The notes below the pieces were generated by a model. The model was not told the origin of the DNA, made no database searches, and saw only the letters and a program-made list of their open reading frames with translations. This document shows positions 62,361 through 64,000 of a stretch of DNA of 64,000 nt, piece after piece (within the stretch, counting starts at the first letter, position 1; each line of letters opens with the position of its first letter). This DNA is from Schmidtea nova. Its lineage: Eukaryota. Location: NCBI GenBank assembly GCA_044892505.1, contig CM097883.1, positions 408,456,001 to 408,520,000 of the forward strand. Reading direction: 5' to 3'. The translations under genes were made by a program, and so were the position numbers.

Positions 62361-64000
62361 TTATTGAAATAAATCTTCATCTTCGTCATCTTCTTGAACA
62401 CCATCTTCGGTAATTGAATCCCCCATAACTGTAAAACTTTCTCTACAATGTCCATGAGCAATACTTTTATTTTTCTCAACCCAAAGTCTCTTATCATCGA
62501 GGTTAGTAAGTGCAATTTTTGAAAACTTATTAGTAAAAATTTGATGATTTTTACTCACAAATCGAGACTGCTCTACTGAAACTATAGTATTATTTCTATA
62601 ACAATCAAGATAAGACCGATGCTTCAGTTTAGTATCTTTCAAACCGACGCCTTTAGCCTTTAAACATTCCTTATCACCTAAAAGACTATAACATTTAGGT
62701 CTAGGAAAAACCCATTCCTTATATTTATGACCCTTATTTTCGTCTTTAAACTTTCCTATAACAGAATCAAGTTTTTTCGAATATAAAGAATGACTAGGGT
62801 CGTAATTCGATGTATCCAAAAGACAATCTCTAACCATCGCAGGTAACAGAACATCTAACCTACAATTCTTAATCTCCAAGAAGAAAGAATCAGTATCGCC
62901 TGCAACTATATTAATCTCACAGTTGAATTCATTGCGATATTTTTGCAATTCTTCATACTGGAGTTGATACATTCTAAGTTTAGATAAATCCAGTACAGTT
63001 TGACCAATGTAACTGGGTCTATCTAAACACACAGAGTCCTTATTAAGCAAGACAGAAATTAGGTCATCGTCAATCCTATAAGTTTTTCTAAAGGTAGGTT
63101 TTGATGTATATGTAATCAGTTTTGATGCTGAATTACATAGTCGTAAATTGAGTCGTTTCTTAAGATTTTCAACCGTTTTCCCGTAAAGACTATTATTTAA
63201 AAGCTTATAAAAATCTTTATCTAAAACAAACGATGAAGCTGCCCTAAGTCGTGTATTCGTATCTATATACTCTTTAAATATAGATTTCTGTTTGTACTGA
63301 ATAGCCCGATGAACACGTGTTATTTTAACACCCAAAGAAAGAAATAATTTTAAAAGTCTCCAATGAAGAACATAGTTGAACTTTGGATAATGTGTCAACA
63401 TTAACTTTTCAACTTTAGAATTGGGAGCACACATTCTTTCTGCCGCTACTGGAAAGTCATTTAATTTATCATGAATTTCAACTGGGATTACCAAGTCAAC
63501 TTCAAATGTTACACCGATTGTTAAAAGTTCCAAGTCAGCATCCATCAAATTAATTAATTTATTTAATTTTTTCTCATCATTAATCCATTTAAATTTACCA
63601 CAAGGTAATTTTTGGCTTAAGGCCCAACCGTACAAATTATTAATGTCGATGTAAAGTAGTTCAGTCGTTTCGGAGGATACTACATGATGCTTGTTGACAA
63701 ATGTCAAACCACCACGGATCCCCCCTTCGAAAAAATTATACATCTCCATATCCTGGAGCAACTCAATAGGTTCTTCCAAGGTAAGAAGTGCAGAAGCCCA
63801 CGACATACCTGGAATACCCAAGAAATTCAACGGTTCTAACCTATTATGAGAAATTGACTTGGCTCTAAACTGTTGGAAAAAGTCAGCAAGAAGAAAGACG
63901 TCAAGTTTTAAGTATATCATCATGTAGTCACAAAGAGTTTGACAATTAGTTTCCCTCCAAATAACTAATGCCTTGTCGTATTCAGCCTGCTTAACACCCT
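62361..64000 (-). CDS. Protein-primed family B DNA polymerase (Polinton/Maverick or adintovirus-like), 5'-truncated by the window edge
   Basis: Open frame of more than 520 aa with motif A YIDINNLYGWAL, motif B KLLNNSLYGK, motif C AGDTDS and RPKCYS; no introns; acidic tail. Confidence 0.9.
   Translation of the reverse strand, partial: GVKQAEYDKALVIWRETNCQTLCDYMMIYLKLDVFLLADFFQQFRAKSISHNRLEPLNFLGIPGMSWASALLTLEEPIELLQDMEMYNFFEGGIRGGLTFVNKHHVVSSETTELLYIDINNLYGWALSQKLPCGKFKWINDEKKLNKLINLMDADLELLTIGVTFEVDLVIPVEIHDKLNDFPVAAERMCAPNSKVEKLMLTHYPKFNYVLHWRLLKLFLSLGVKITRVHRAIQYKQKSIFKEYIDTNTRLRAASSFVLDKDFYKLLNNSLYGKTVENLKKRLNLRLCNSASKLITYTSKPTFRKTYRIDDDLISVLLNKDSVCLDRPSYIGQTVLDLSKLRMYQLQYEELQKYRNEFNCEINIVAGDTDSFFLEIKNCRLDVLLPAMVRDCLLDTSNYDPSHSLYSKKLDSVIGKFKDENKGHKYKEWVFPRPKCYSLLGDKECLKAKGVGLKDTKLKHRSYLDCYRNNTIVSVEQSRFVSKNHQIFTNKFSKIALTNLDDKRLWVEKNKSIAHGHCRESFTVMGDSITEDGVQEDDEDEDLFQ

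Overview
A 64-kb, very AT-rich eukaryotic window from a gapped draft assembly (several N-runs). The 41-54 nt introns, divergent TRAF paralogs and TE content suggest a planarian-type flatworm; this is inference only. Host genes: four TRAF-like genes. Two are complete spliced RING/Zn-finger/coiled-coil/MATH models (27014-31024 minus, with a 1-nt homopolymer frameshift; 50366-58587 plus) and two are 3' halves (970-1756 minus; 15198-15916 plus). There is also an inverted pair of three-exon Ly6/uPAR three-finger GPI-type genes (35245-35680 plus; 45508-45943 minus). Most of the rest is mobile DNA: mariner/Tc1 copies, hAT, piggyBac, Merlin and pogo-like MITEs, Helitron/Helentron remnants, Gypsy-type LTRs, two Penelope-like families each with a minimal hammerhead ribozyme, and an open protein-primed PolB (Polinton/adintovirus-like) running off the right edge. 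The most novel-looking signal is an unassigned repeat family (about 3.8-4.4, 16.5-19.1 and 21.2-22.8 kb). It consists of splice-acceptor-preceded ORFs, including a conserved coiled-coil/basic protein, followed by a two-domain RNA structure with clear covariation and a probable pseudoknot, seen in four diverged copies. Other highlights: a U3:A8 hammerhead variant, a palindromic element with 13-14 bp target duplications, and amino-acid changes concentrated in likely binding surfaces of the TRAF and Ly6 duplicates. All alignments, folds and counts were done by eye; no database searches were run.
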